A stretch of 64,000 nt of DNA from Eledone cirrhosa (taxonomy: Eukaryota). The notes below the pieces were generated by a model. That model worked only from the letters and a program-made list of their open reading frames with translations. It was not told the origin of the DNA and ran no database searches. This document shows, in pieces, positions 39,943 through 53,121 of this stretch. Location of the stretch: assembly GCA_964016885.1 (NCBI GenBank), contig CAXHJY010001609.1, forward strand, positions 124,001-188,000, written 5' to 3'. How positions within the stretch are numbered: position 1 is the stretch's first letter; each line of letters starts with the position of its first letter. The position numbers and the translations under genes were made by a program.

Positions 39943-42418
39943 CGAAGAGCAGGAGAAATCGGAGAAATGCTAGAGCGAAAGGAAATTGATGTATGCTGTG
40001 TGCAAGAGACTAGATGGAGAGGAGAGTCTGCCAGAGTCCTGGTAGGAAAAAGTCGGTGTTACAAATTTTTCTGGGTGGGAAATGAGGATGGGATGGGTGG
40101 TGTAGGTATACTACTAGCTGACAAGTGGGTAGATAAAGTAATCTCAGTGTACAGGGTAAATGCAAGAATCATTAAACTCAGACTAGTCCTGAATAAAACA
40201 ATTACCACAATAATATCAGCTTATGCACCCCAATCGGGGCTGCCAGACGAACTTAAGGATAGGTTTTACGAGTCCCTAATGCACACTACTGCTCTAACAG
40301 ACGACAATGACTTCCTAATCATCGCAGGAGATTTTAACGGTAAACACTGCGACGGCTTCAATAGAGTACATGGAGGCCATGGGGTTGGCACAAGAAATGA
40401 GGAAGGATTCAGACTTCTAGAATTCTGCAACGCCAATGACATGTCGATATGTAACACAAATTTTAAAAAACCCGACAACCACCTGATCACCTATAGATCA
40501 GGGGAGCACTCCAGTCAGATAGATTTTATCCTCATCAGAGGACGTGACAGATGGACGGTCATAAACACAAAAGCCTTCCCTATTGAGGAATGTACATCCC
40601 AACATAGCTTAGTTGTCAGCGACCTCTTGGTCAGAACTAGACGAACCTAGAAACAGAGGCCAACCTGGAGAAGAAAGATCTGGAAGCTGAAAGTCTCCTC
40701 AACCAGTAACAGATTTAAAGATATTTTACTCAACGCCTACGACAGTAAAGAAGAACAGATACAGACATTTAATGTAGAAGAGAACTGGGAGTTCATAAAA
40801 AATAATTTACTAGAGGCGACGGATGAGGTCTGTGGCTGGAGTAAGACCTCAAGCAGGAGGAGAGTGACTTGGTGGTGGAACAATAAGGTAGATGAAGCAG
40901 TTAAGGCCAAGAGACAGGCATGGAAAGAATGGAAGAACGGGGGGAGCAGGGTACATTACATAGAGACCAAGAGGGAAGCTAGGCGACAAGTATACTTAGC
41001 TAGGATGGAAGCAGAGGATAGAAAATTCAAGCATGTTTTGCAACGTGAGGGCCAGAAACAGGAGGTATTCAAGATTGCGAGGCAGTGTGTCAGAGATAGT
41101 TGTGATGTCATTGGAGAGAAGTGTATCCGGAATGATAAAGGTGAGCTTGCCTCACAAGTGCTGAGAAGAAAGATGCATGGAAGAGTCATTATGATAGAAC
41201 TAGAGAATAAATTCCAAACTTGGAAGCAGGGACTAGAAAGAAAGGGTCTCAAAGTCAACATGACAAAAACTAAGGTCCTTGTAAGTAGATGAGAAAACAG
41301 AACCCAGATCCCCTCAGGGAAATGGCCTTGCTCAGTATGTAGGAAAGGTGTAGGTAGGAACTCCATTCTCTGCCCCAAATGCAAACAAGGGGTACACAAG
41401 AGATGTAGCGGGATCTCAGGAAGCTTAATTAAGAATGTAGGCTTCACATGCAGCAGCTGTGCTGAGACAGCAAGCAGCAAACAGCCACAAGAAACAAGTA
41501 CCACCAATCTCTGGGAGGGCTCTGTAGAAACAGTAGATAGCTTCTGCTACCTAGGTGACCAAGTTAGCAGCGGAGGTGGGTGTCCAGAAAGTACAATAAC
41601 TAGGGTAAGAACGGGATGGAAGAAGTTTAGGGAACTACTACCACTGCTAGCTGCAAAAGGCTTCTCCTTCAGAATTAAAGGCAGACTGTATGATGCATGT
41701 ATCCGAACAGCGATGTTGCATGGTAGTGAGACCTGGGCGCTGAAGGTGGAAGACTTACGTAGATTAGAGAGAAACGAAGCCTGCATGCTCCGATGGATGT
41801 GTAACAGTAATATACGTGAACGACAAAGCATAAATGAATTGAGAGAGAGACTGAGCATAAGAGGAATCAAATGCTGTGTGCAGGAGAGGCGGTTGCGCTG
41901 GTATGGACATGTGATGCGTATGAAGGATGACAGCTGCATAAAAGGTGCAGAGCACTAGAAGTTGATGGAAACCACGGAGTGGGGAGACCCAAGATGACCT
42001 GGGATGAGGTGATAAAAGCCGACCTTACTCAATTACACCTCTCAAAGGCAATGACACACGACCGTGACTTCTGGCGTCACGCAGTAATATAGAGTACCCG
42101 ACCTCCCATGGGTACAAGCTGAAGCATATAGACAATATGCCCTCACACCCCCCATTGCAAGGTGGTCGTGGAGGTGCCACTGCAAAAAAGCACCCAGCCC
42201 ACACTATAAAGTGGACGTATAGGCGCCACGAAAAAGCACCCAACACTCACTGTAAATGATGTTGGTGTTAGGAAGGGCATCCAGCTGTAGAAATCAAGCC
42301 AAATCAGTTCCTGTATGAGCAATGCATGGTCAGCCGACCAGACACTGCCCACAACAGCACAACCTGTCTAACCCATGCTAGCGTGGAAGAACGGAGGTAA
42401 AACGGTGATGATGATGAT
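39943..42418 (+). mobile_element. RTE LINE with intact-looking APE endonuclease (39967-40650) and internal deletion of the RT core
   Basis: VQETRW, AYAPQ, AGDFNG, QIDFIL, SQHSLV; sequence jumps from WKSHYD to ELENKFQ at ~41195. Confidence 0.92.
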
Positions 42419-42472
42419 ATAATATATATAACATATATATATATATAATATAATATATATATCTATATATAT

Positions 42473-42967
42473 CTGAGAGACAGACTGAGCATCAGAGGAA
42501 TCAAATGCTGTGTGCAGGAGAGGCGGTTTCGTTGGTATGGACATGTGATGCGTATGAAGGATGACAACTGCATAAAAAGGTGCAGAGCACAAGAAGTCGA
42601 TGGAATCCGCGGAGTGGGGAGACCCAAGAAGACCTAGGATGAGGTAATAAAAGCCGACCTTACCCAATTACACCTCTCAGACAATATTCCCCCTCACCCC
42701 CCACTGCAAGGTGGTCGTGGAGGTGCCACGGCAAAAAAGCACCCAGCCCATACTATAAAGTGGACGTGTAGGCGCCACGAAAAAGCACCCACCACTCACT
42801 GTAAATGAGGTTGGTGTTAGGAAGGGCATCCAGCAGTAGAAATCAAGCCAAATCAGTTCCTTTATGAGCAAGGAATTGTCAGCCGACCAGACAGTGCCCA
42901 GAACAGCACAACCCGTCTAACCCATGCTAACGTGGAAGAACGGAGGTAAAACAGTGATGATGATGAT
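42473..42967 (+). mobile_element. Second RTE 3' end in tandem
   Basis: Repeats 41840-42418 with a short deletion. Confidence 0.85.
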
Positions 42968-43152
42968 ATCTAAAATAGAGAATGCCTAAAACTCAAGAAC
43001 CACCCAACCAATTGTCTTCAAACTTTACACATATAATACTTATGGTCCTGTGAGTGTTTTCAGGAGAAATTTCAAATTTTCAATGCCCTCGGGACCGCAT
43101 TAGGCGAGTTAGCGATCTCCGGGCCATTCTGCTAGTAATATATATAATATAT

Positions 43153-43360
43153 ATGGCTTAGTGGTTAGAACATTGGGCTTGTAATTGAAAGATTGTGAGT
43201 TCAATTCTCGGAACGGGTGATGTGTTATGTCCTTGAGCAAGACACTTTATTTCACGTTGCTCCTTCTACCTGGAGTTGTGACCAATAGATAGTATTAGCA
43301 ATTGGAAAGACCAATGGAAACATTGTTTCTTCGGTCCAATTTGACGAAAGTCGATCGACT
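43153..43360 (+). mobile_element. tRNA-derived SINE family B, variant tail
   Basis: TGGCTTAGTGGTTAG, GAGTTCAATTC; reverse complement of 49196-49405. Confidence 0.8.
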
Positions 43361-43549
43361 GACGATATATGTATATATATATATTATACATATATATATA
43401 ATATATATATATATGTGTCACTTGCTGGATCTGCTAGAAGGACCCCGATAATATGAGATGTTTTCCCGGCTGTATCATATACTGCAAATCTATGCAGATG
43501 TATACACATAAATATACAGACACATAAAGATACACAAGTAATTATACAC

Positions 43550-44070
43550 ACATTGAAGTGGTTGATAGCTTCTGTGACTTAAGTAGCAGTGGAGGATGAC
43601 TGTATAACACCTGCCAATAAAATATGATGCTGCATGGTAGTGAAACAAGGGCTGTGACAGCAGAAAAAAAGTGTAGACTGGAGAGGAATGAAGCAACCAT
43701 GCTTCATTGGATGTGCCATTTAAGTGTGAGAAAAAGGTAGAGCTTGGGTAAGTTGCGGGAGAAGCTGGGTTTAAGAGGGATCTTAAGAGATGTGTAAGAG
43801 AGAAGACTGGATTGGTACGGACATGTGATACATATGGATAATGTCAGCTGGGTGAAGAAGTGCCAGGACATCCCAGTAGAAGGAAGCCATAGTAGAGGTA
43901 GACCAAGAAAGACCTGGACAGAGGCTGTGTGAACTGACTTCAAATAACTGACTCTCACAGAGGAGATGACAAAGGAACACGACAAGTTGAAAGATGCCAT
44001 GTTGAGAAGGACATGTCCAACCCAAGGAAGCATAGAAAAACAGACATAAAAACAGTGATGATGTTGATGA
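43550..44070 (+). mobile_element. RTE LINE 3' fragment
   Basis: MLHGSET, ERRLDWYGHV, RGRPRKTW remnants. Confidence 0.8.
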
Positions 44071-44127
44071 AGTTGATGTACATATACACACATACATAAT
44101 AAATAAATCAAATACAGATATGCACAG

Positions 44128-44468
44128 TGGAGGCACATGGCTTAGTGGTTAGAGCATTGGCCTTGTATTCGAAATGTTGTGAGTTCAATTCTCAGACTGT
44201 GTGATGTGTTGTTTCCTTGAGCAAGACACTTTATTTCACATTGCTCCAGTTTACTCAGCTGTAGAAATGAGATGATAGGGACTGGGGTTCATATCATTCC
44301 ACTGCAAAGTGGTTGTGGAGGTGCCACGGCAAAAAAGCACCCAGCACTCTCTGTAAATGAGGTTGGTGTTAGGAAGGGCATCCAGCTGTAGAAATCAAGC
44401 CAGAATCAGTTCAGTTCCACCCTTGCAAGAAGGGAATAGCGGACGTAAAATGATGATGATGATGATGA
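44128..44468 (+). mobile_element. SINE family B with RTE-derived 3' tail
   Basis: tRNA head + TTGAGCAAGACACTTTATTTCAC core + tail shared with 42702-42860, ends (ATG)n. Confidence 0.82.
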
Positions 44469-44734
44469 TATGCACATACTTATATACAAACATATACATG
44501 GACACAAATTTCAACACATACATTCACATATATATAACGTATGTCAATTCTGAACAATACAGTTTAGTCAGCACAAGTCTTGGTTACAACTTCTAAATGA
44601 AAGGAGAATAATTTCTTAGTAAAACAGTTTTATTTAAGATATTAACAACATTGGTGGCACTATTTTAGGTGAGTGACATGGTTTTTATCTTGTCTGATTG
44701 TGTTTGTGTTGCATCAAGTAACCTTTACAAGAGA

Positions 44735-45362
44735 ATTATTTAGCACAGACACCACAGTGATATGGTTCCTCTCCTGTATATGTTAGTGTGTAGGGAAACC
44801 ACAACATTTAGAGAAGGATTTATCACAGACATCACAGGCATATGGTTCCTCTCCTGTATATGTTAGTGTGTAGGGAAGCCACAACATTTAGAGAATTATT
44901 TACCACAGATATCACAGTGATATGGTTCCTCTCCTGTATGTTAGTGTGTAGGGAAGCCACAACTTATAGAGAAGGATTTATCACAGACATCACAGTGATA
45001 TAGTTCCTCTCCTGTATGTTAGTGTTTGGTGAAACCAAAATTAGAAAATGATTTACATGGGCTGAGGTGGTAAGGGCAGACCTCTGAAGCTCACGGTGGA
45101 GATGACAAAGGACCGTGACAAGTGGAGTGAAACTGTGTTGAATAGGACCCATCCCACCCTTGCAAGCAGGGAAAAGCAGACGTAAAATGATGATGATGAT
45201 GATATGGTTTCCCTCATCTATGCATATATTTAGTTAAATGGCTCCATTAAAAGATATATTTTGCAAACATATCAAAGTGATATGGCTTCCCACCTGTATA
45301 TGTTTGTGTGAAGTTAATGTAGCATAGAAAGAGAATGATTTACCACAGATATTACACTGATA
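44735..45362 (-). pseudogene. Decayed C2H2 finger repeats (~78-80-bp units), interrupted by an RTE tail at 45055-45203
   Basis: TTTACCACAGATATCACAGTGATATGG (YHCDICGK on minus strand), as in the 46852 ZNF; frameshifted. Confidence 0.7.
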
Positions 45363-45370
45363 TATATTTG

Positions 45371-46525
45371 TCATCATCATCATCATCAACGTTTAACGTC
45401 CGTGTTCCACGCTTGCATGGGTTTGGACGGGGGTAGTCCCACTTGAGGCAAGAGTGATTGTCTTGCTCGCATAGGACTGTCTGGCAGGTTTTCTACAGTT
45501 GGATGCCCTTCCTAACACCAACCACATTTACAGTGTGGGCCTGGGAGGTTTTTACCGTGTGCCTACACGGCCACATTACAGCGTGGACTGTGTGTTTTTT
45601 TGTCGTGACACCTACACGATCTCATTTGTTTCGGCCTATGGCGCGGCACCAACATAACTTTACATAGAACGGGGTGGTGTGGGGGTGGGACGGGGTGTAT
45701 TTTGTTAGAGATGCCTACTGATTGGAGTAGGTTTTACTATATATTTAGGTAAGGCGGGTCTTCTCTGTTACTGAGTACCGCCAAAGGTCTCGGTCCAGTG
45801 ACATTGTCTTGGAGAGGTGTAAGTGTGTGATGTCGGAGTTTATCAGCTCGTCCCAGGTTTTTCTAGGTCTGCCTATTCCGTGACTACCGTCTATCTTTAT
45901 TGCCCTGCACTTTGTTATACAGCTATCGACTTTCATGCGCATCACGTGTCCATACCAACGTAGCCTTCTCTCGAGTAAACAACATCTTATCCCTCTTATC
46001 TCTAATTTTTTCCTTAGTTCGTTTATGCTTTGCCGTTCACGTATATTACTGTTACACATCCAGCGGAGCATGCAAGCTTCGTTCCTCTCTAGTCTGCGTA
46101 TATCCTCTGCACACAATGCCCAGGTCTCACTGCCATGCAGCATTGCTGTTCGTATGCAGGCATCGTACAACCTGCCTTTCATTTTTAGGGAGAACCCTTT
46201 AGCAGCTAATAGTGGTATAAGCTCTCTGAACTTTTTCCAACCAGTTCTGACTCTAGCTACAGTACTTTCAGAGCACCCTCCCCCACTGCTGATTTTATCG
46301 CCCAGGTAACGGAAGCTGTCCACTATTTCTATAGAACCCTCTGCGCAATTGAAAGAGCTAGTATTTTGTGGGCACTTGCTGCTACTTATTGCACCAGAAC
46401 ACCGGCCACATGTAAAATCTATGTTCTTAGTTAGCTTACCTGTGATCCCACTACATCTTTTATGCACCCATACTTTGCATTTAGGACATAAAATGGAGTT
46501 TCTACCTACGCCTTTTCTACACACA
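45371..46525 (-). mobile_element. RTE LINE 3' portion, open frame 45745-46525
   Basis: VCRKGVGRNSILC...FRYLG...RRLRWYGHV...GRPRKTW; (CAT)n tail. Confidence 0.93.
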
Positions 46526-46851
46526 ACTTTCAGAGTTGTTAAATGCAAGGACCCCATTCAATCATTACCTTCTATCTAGCTACCCAACACCCCTCCCTCC
46601 CGCCCCAACGCACCACCATTGCTATTACGTGGACCAATCATAAGCCAGAGCCCCCACGCATCACCAGTATTATTATTACGTGGACCAATCAGAAGCCAGA
46701 GGCCTATACTATCGCTTGCCTTTCGATATATGATGGATGGATGGATGGATGGACTGCGGAATCCTGGAAAGTGGAGGAGAGAGAGAAAAATCTGGACGCT
46801 CATTCTCATTAATTCACAATTTTGAGAGGATTTATCACTGATGTCAATGCA

Positions 46852-48159
46852 TTAAGATTTCTCTGCATGTATGAGTTTGTGAGTAGTTAGGCTACTTTTT
46901 CCAGAGAATGATATACCACAGATATCACAGTGATATGGCTTGTCTCCTGTATGGGTACGTTTGTGGCTAGTTAAGGTACTACTTTGAGGGAATGATTTAC
47001 CACAGATATCACAGTGGTATGGCTTGTCTCCTGTATGGGTACGCTTGTGTCTATTTAAATGACCACTTACAGAGAATGATTTACCACAGATATCACAGTT
47101 ATATGGCTTGTCTCCTGTATGGGTACGTTTGTGGCTAGTTAAGGTACTACTTTGAGGGAATGATTTACCACAGATATCACAGTGGTATGGCTTGTCTCCT
47201 GTATGGGTACGCTTGTGTCTATTTAAATGACCACTTACAGAGAATGATTTACCACAGATATCACAGTTATATGGCTTGTCTCCTGTATGGGTACGTATAT
47301 GCCCCGTTAAGTTACTACTTTGAGAGAATGATTTACCACAGATATCACAGTGGTATGGCTTGTCTCCTGTATGTATACGTTTGTGGTTAGTTAAGATACC
47401 ACTACCAGAGAAAGATTTACCACAGATATCACAGTGATATGGCTTGTCTGCTGTATGTATACGTTTGTGGGAAGTTAAGTGACTACTTCGAGAGAATGAT
47501 TTACCACAGATATCACAGTGGTATGGCTTGTCACCTGTATGGGTATGTTTGTGTCTAGTTAAGGTACTACAATCAGAGAATGATTTACCACATATATCAC
47601 AGTGGTATGGCTTGTCTCCTTTATGTATACGTTTGTGGCTAGTTAAATAACTACTCTCAGTGAATGATTTACCACAGATATCACAGTGGTATGGCTTGTC
47701 TACTGTATGTATATGTTTGTGTCTGGTTAAGTGACTACTTTGAGAGAATGATTTACCACAGATGTCACAGTGGTATGGCTTGTCTCCTGTATGGGTACGT
47801 AAGTGTTTAGCTAATGCATCACTTCGAGGGAATGTTTTACCACAGATATCACAGTGATATGGCTTCTCACCTGTATGTAAATGGTTGTGAGTAGTTAAGG
47901 TACTACTTTTAGTGAATGATTTACCACAGATCCCACAGCGATATGGCTTCTCATCTGTAGGTAAATGGTTGTGACTAGTTAGGCTACTTTTCCCAGAGAA
48001 TGATTTAGCACAGATATTACAGTGATATGGTTTGTCTCCTGTATGTATAACTTTGTGAGTAGTTAAGGTACTACGTATATTGAATGATTTACCACAGATA
48101 TCGCAGTGATATGGTTTCTCTTCTCCAACCTTTGTCATCTCACCAGGAATACTAAACAT
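46852..48159 (-). CDS. Tandem C2H2 zinc-finger protein, 15 fingers (TGDKPY linkers)
   Basis: Uninterrupted ORF; first ATG at 48159 (the track's 48195 start is TTG; in-frame stop at 48247-48249); candidate acceptor TTTCTTATTTCAG at ~48385. Confidence 0.92.
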   Translation of the reverse strand: MFSIPGEMTKVGEEKPYHCDICGKSFNIRSTLTTHKVIHTGDKPYHCNICAKSFSGKSSLTSHNHLPTDEKPYRCGICGKSFTKSSTLTTHNHLHTGEKPYHCDICGKTFPRSDALAKHLRTHTGDKPYHCDICGKSFSQSSHLTRHKHIHTVDKPYHCDICGKSFTESSYLTSHKRIHKGDKPYHCDICGKSFSDCSTLTRHKHTHTGDKPYHCDICGKSFSRSSHLTSHKRIHTADKPYHCDICGKSFSGSGILTNHKRIHTGDKPYHCDICGKSFSQSSNLTGHIRTHTGDKPYNCDICGKSFSVSGHLNRHKRTHTGDKPYHCDICGKSFPQSSTLTSHKRTHTGDKPYNCDICGKSFSVSGHLNRHKRTHTGDKPYHCDICGKSFPQSSTLTSHKRTHTGDKPYHCDICGISFSGKSSLTTHKLIHAEKS

Positions 48160-48989
48160 TTTCGATTGTATTTCGCATTTAACCTTTTCACTCAATTTAT
48201 TTTCTATAATAATTTTATCTCCAACAGAATATACTTGTAATACTTTTTAGATTATATTCCTAAAAAATAAATCTTCTATATTTCCCGCAGCTGTGATTTC
48301 AGTTAATAGTCTTCAAATGATGATAAATAGAGGTGATGTATCCGAGATTGAAAATAATAATTTATCCCAATGTCATCTGGTATTCTGAAATAAGAAAGAA
48401 ACAGTATGAGATAATACAGAATACTTAAAAAGCAGAGATAGATTTAACAGTGGAAATTTTATATTTCTACTTTGGTAAACTGTAGATATCAACTTTCCTG
48501 TCCAGAGTAATTCTCTCCAATGCAAACAGTAGTATTCCAGCATGCTCTATAAATGTTATCCTTCTATCTCTAGAGAAGTCTGCTCTATGGCAGTTTAGTG
48601 AAAAATTCATTCTGATAGGACTCTCTAACATAGCTATTATCTCCTCTGCTGGTGACATGACAACAACAGTTTAACTTCCATCTTTTTATTAGTAGGAGTC
48701 AATTGTTCCTCTACATCTTTTTCTTACTTCTTTTCTATCTTCCTCTGGGAGAAATCAGCTGTGTTTAGACCAGGAGTTATGAGTCTATATGAATCCATAC
48801 AATATCAGATTTCACTTGAAGTTTTATTCAGATCTCAATTCTGTTCAAACAAGAGAGGTGATGGGCTCCATCAGGTTTTTAAATATGCCTGAGAAATACT
48901 GTATGTCACTTAGAGTACCCCTACGACTCCACTAGTGTTTCATTTGTTGAGGACTAGATCTGGGTTAGCCAGCCAATTATCAGTAGAAG

Positions 48990-49630
48990 GGAAAACAGAG
49001 CCCTGATCCCCTCAGAAAAATCGCCTTGCTCTGTGTGCTAGAAAGGTGTAGGTAGAAATTCCATTCTCTGTCCAAAATACAAACAATGGGTACACAAGAG
49101 ATGTAGTGGGATCTCAGGTAAGTTAGCTAAGAATATAGGTTTTACATGTGGCCATTGCACAGGAGCAGTAAGCAGCAAACATTCACAGGAAACAACGATT
49201 GACTCTCGTCAAATTGGACCGAGGAAACAATGTTTCCATTGGTCTTTCCAATTGCTAATACTATCTGTCAGTCACAACTCCAGGTAGAAGGAGCAATGTG
49301 AAATAAAATGTCTTGCTCAAGGATATAACGCATCACCCGGTCAGTGAATCAAACTCACAACCTCACGATTGCGAATCCAATTCTCTAACCACTCAGCCAC
49401 ATGCCTTCACAGGAAACAAGCCCTAACAAACTGTTGGTGGGTCACATAGAAGAGGTAGACACCTTCTGTTACCTGGGTGATGATATCATCAGTGGAGGGG
49501 GGGGGTTCTGAAAGTAGAGCAGCCTGAGTAAACATGGCATGGAAAAGGTTCAGGATGCTACTACCATGGCAACTTACTAAAGGCTTTTTCCTCAAAACAA
49601 AGGGCAGGTTGAATAATGCGTGTATATAAA
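48990..49630 (+). mobile_element. Degenerate RTE fragment interrupted by a SINE
   Basis: RKGVGRNSILCPK...WVHKRCSG, FCYLGD remnants. Confidence 0.75.
49196..49405 (-). mobile_element. SINE family B with 14-bp TSD
   Basis: TTCACAGGAAACAA at 49182-49195 and 49406-49419. Confidence 0.85.
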
Positions 49631-49637
49631 CAGTTTA

Positions 49638-49673
<36 letters not shown>

Positions 49674-49895
49674 TTCGTTTCTGAATTTGTTTAGCAAGAT
49701 TCTTTATCTGAAATCGTGTGTTGAAACCGATATTGTTATACTTTGGGAGGGTCATGTTGCCAATAAGAAACACACGCACCAGTTACTTTCACTTCAATTT
49801 ATTATATATTTATAAATTTATAAATTTACAAATCTACAAACTTATAAGTTTCTGGTTGGTTGGTTGGTTCCACAACCAGATAGTTGTTTATATAT

Positions 49896-49940
49896 AGTCA
49901 TAGTCCTTTCGTCACACACTCTGTGACCTCTTCAGTGACT
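49896..49940 (-). ncRNA. Minimal hammerhead motif in the Penelope 3' region
   Basis: Minus strand AGTCA-CTGAAGA-G-GTCACA-GAGTG-TGTGAC-GAAA-GGAC-TA-TGACT; one extra base before stem II, loop III not palindromic. Confidence 0.72.
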
Positions 49941-50145
49941 GGGGATTCCTTTCTTTGTTTCTGTGCCTTTCCTTTCTTCTGTCCTACGCCATTTTGTTTC
50001 TGTGTGTGTGTTGTGTGCTCAGTTTGGGCATGCGCCACATCCGTGGTGTCTGTGTGTGTTTGTGTTCATGTATCTATTTGTTTATTTATTTACATGTTGT
50101 TGGTTGGTTGTTTGTTCTATGTGTGTGTGTGTTTTCATTTTGTCC

Positions 50146-50817
50146 TTAATTGTAAGTTGTGATGATGCTGTTCCACTCATATTTTCTATTTAATTTTGGT
50201 TGTAATTCTTTTATGCTTACTGCCTCTGTAATTTGCCTAAACATTGCATCTTTTCTGTGTGTGGATTCTATTTTTATTTCTATGTTCTCTAATTTACCCT
50301 TGTGTTCTATCTTAGCATGTTGGTAGAGTACAGATGATTCTTTATTATTTTGAAGGTCTCGCCAGTGTTCATTTATCCGTTCCCCTATACTACGAGCTGT
50401 CTCACCGATGTACACTATATTTTTGTTTCTACATTGTCCTTCAGTACATCTTATGCTATACACTACATTTCTAGTTTTACAGTTAATATGGGGGCTTATT
50501 TTACAGGTTATACATTTCTTATCTATGCATGAGGGTCTTTGGAACGGGTATGTCTTGCTAATAAGTGTTTTTACGGAGGTACCTGGTCTTTCTACTATCT
50601 TAATATTGAGTTTATGTTTATTTAGGGCCCTTCTAAATTTGTAGGCTAGTTCGCTTCTAGGGATTGTATTGATGAACATTACACTCTGGTATTTATTGCT
50701 ATCATACCATGAGTTTATTCTATTGGCCTTGTTCCTAGTTCTTTCTATTCTATTCCAAAATTTGCTCCTATACAAGGGGCAGGTCCCATTTATGTCATTA
50801 TTTACCATTTTTTCCAA
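50146..50817 (-). CDS. Penelope-like element ORF C-terminus (linker with Cys motif + GIY-YIG endonuclease), 5'-truncated
   Basis: CxxC...C KTRNVVYSIRC...YIGETARSIGERINEH...EAVSIKELQPKLN. Confidence 0.82.
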   Translation of the reverse strand: MEKMVNNDINGTCPLYRSKFWNRIERTRNKANRINSWYDSNKYQSVMFINTIPRSELAYKFRRALNKHKLNIKIVERPGTSVKTLISKTYPFQRPSCIDKKCITCKISPHINCKTRNVVYSIRCTEGQCRNKNIVYIGETARSIGERINEHWRDLQNNKESSVLYQHAKIEHKGKLENIEIKIESTHRKDAMFRQITEAVSIKELQPKLNRKYEWNSIITTYN

Positions 50818-50944
50818 TTTATAAATTTATAAATATATTTATAAATATATTTATAAATAAATTTATAAATATATAATAAATTGAAGTGAAAGCAACTGGT
50901 GCATGTGTTTCTTATTGGCAACATGACCCTCCCAAAGTATAACA

Positions 50945-50975
<31 letters not shown>

Positions 50976-51004
50976 ATTGTGTGTATATATATATATATAT
51001 ACAT

Positions 51005-51468
51005 TAAGACAATGTCACTGGACTGAGATCTTTGGCGCTACTCAGTAATACAGAAGATCCACCCTGCCTATGTACAAAGTGAAACCTACAGTCAGTAGGC
51101 ACTTCTTAACCAAATATACACCCCATCCCACTAACCAACCCCCACCCCCATCAACACCACCCTATCTCTGTAAAGTTATGTTGGTACCACAACATCCAGT
51201 CCTAAATAAATGAGATCGTGTACGTGTCACGACAAAAAAACACATAGTCCACGCTGTAATGTGGCCGTGTAGGTAACATGGTAAAAACCTCCCAGTCCAC
51301 ACTGTAAACGTGGTTTGTGTTAGGAAGGATATCCAGCCATAGAAAACCTGCCATCTAGTCCTATACAAGTGAGATACGGTCATCCGACCAATCTTGCCTC
51401 AAGTGGGACAATTCCCGTCTAGACCCATGCCAGCGTGGAAGGTAGACGTTAAACGATGATGATGATGA
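51005..51468 (+). mobile_element. RTE LINE 3' end
   Basis: Reverse complement of the 16482-16905 type tail. Confidence 0.8.
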
Positions 51469-51504
51469 CAAGCAATATATATAATCTAAGTAGAATGGTA
51501 TAAT

Positions 51505-52955
51505 GAAAGCATATAATGTAGGTACAGCAGTATTCTCATAAATTGCTACAAAGGTAAAGGGGATGCTCTAGAGGAGCAATTAGAGGGGCATAAAGCTGAT
51601 GGATCAGGTTATGAAAGTGGCAGAGAGAAAATTAGCGCAGCTGATTAGAGAAAGGGTCAATTTAGATGAGATGCAGTTTGGTTTTGTGCCTCGGTAAAAG
51701 TACAACAGAAACCCTCTTCATAGTGAGGCAACTACAAGAGAGGTTCTTAGAGAAGAATAAGTCACTATACATATCTTTTGTTGACCTAGAGAGGGCCTTT
51801 GATAGGGTACCCTGATCTGTCATCTGGTGGTCCCTAAGGAAACTAGGTGCAGAGGAATGGCTTGTGAGGACAGTGCTAGCTATGTACAGGGGTGCTGTCA
51901 GTAAAGTGAGGGTAGGAATGGAGTTTAGTGAGGAATTCCAGATACAAGTAGGTGTACGTCAAGGTTCGGTCCTCAGCCCACTCTTGTTCGTTATAGGCCT
52001 AAAAGCCATAACAGAGGAGTTTAAGACTGGATGCCCATGGGAACTTCTCTATGCTGATGATCTGGTTCTTATAGCAGAATCAGTGAATCAGTAGAGGGGT
52101 TAGAGAATAAATTCTGGCTATGGAAACAGCAGTTGGAATCAAGAGGCCTGAGAATGAACATAGCTTAAACAAAAGTGTTGATGAGTAGAAAAGAGGACAA
52201 AACTCTGATTCCATCAGGGAAATGGCCATGTTCGATATGTGGGAAAGGAACTGGCATAAATTCCATAAAATGTACGCAATGTAGATATTGGCTACACAAG
52301 AGATGTAGTGGGATAGCAGGCAAACCAACAGGTAGGGATAACTATGTATGCAGTAGATGTATAGGGAAAGTTGGCAGTAGTAATCGCAGTGATAAACACA
52401 TTTTTCAAATACAGGTGGGTTCTAGAGATGTGGTTGATAGCTTCCGGTACCTAGGTGATCAGATTAGCATGGGAGGGATGTTCCGAGGCCATAGTATCTA
52501 GAATAAGGACGAGTTGGAAGAAGTTTAGGGAGCTGCTTTCTCTGTTGACAAAGAAGGGTTTGTTTCTGCATACGAAAGGATGGTTATATGATGCCGATGT
52601 GCGATGCTGCATGATAGTAAGACATGGGCAGCAACTGCAAAGGATATGTGACGGCTGGAGAGAAGCAAGCATGCTCCATTGGATGTGCAGTGTCAATGTG
52701 TGTGAACGACCAAGCATAGACGAGTTGAGAAAGAAACTGGGTATTAGAGGGATAAGTTGTGGTGTGCAGGAGAGAAGACTGAGATGGTATGGACATGTGA
52801 CCACTGGGTAAAGAAGTGCCAAATAATCCCAGTAGTAGGAAGACGCAGAAGAGGTAGACCACATAAAACATGGGCGGAGGTCAGATCGCTAAAACTCACC
52901 GAGGAGATGACAAGTGGAGAGATGCTGTGCTGAATAGGACCTGTCCCACCCTTAT
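51505..52955 (+). mobile_element. RTE LINE RT-to-3' region, degenerate
   Basis: GVRQGSVLSP, LLYADD, FRYLG, RRLRWYGHV. Confidence 0.9.
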
Positions 52956-53121
52956 ACTATATACTAGTATTCCAGTGTTTAGGGAGAGACCGATAACATT
53001 GTTAGAACACATTGCAGCCTTGAAGAGCTGGTTTCAACAAGATTGGGTGATGAAAGTTATAGTTTTTGTAGTAGGATCTTATCACATAAGGTTTCTTCAA
53101 AGATTCTTCTAGAGTTACAGA

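Larger units (their letters stand above)
49674..50947 (-). mobile_element. 5'-truncated Penelope-like element with inverted terminal segment
   Basis: GIY-YIG ORF end, downstream hammerhead, ~90-bp inverted repeat 49730-49821 / 50857-50947, (TA)n flanks. Confidence 0.88.

Noticed and set aside
43153-43230. tRNA gene (also other box A/B matches)
   Set aside because: No cloverleaf; continues into SINE body, so these are SINE heads
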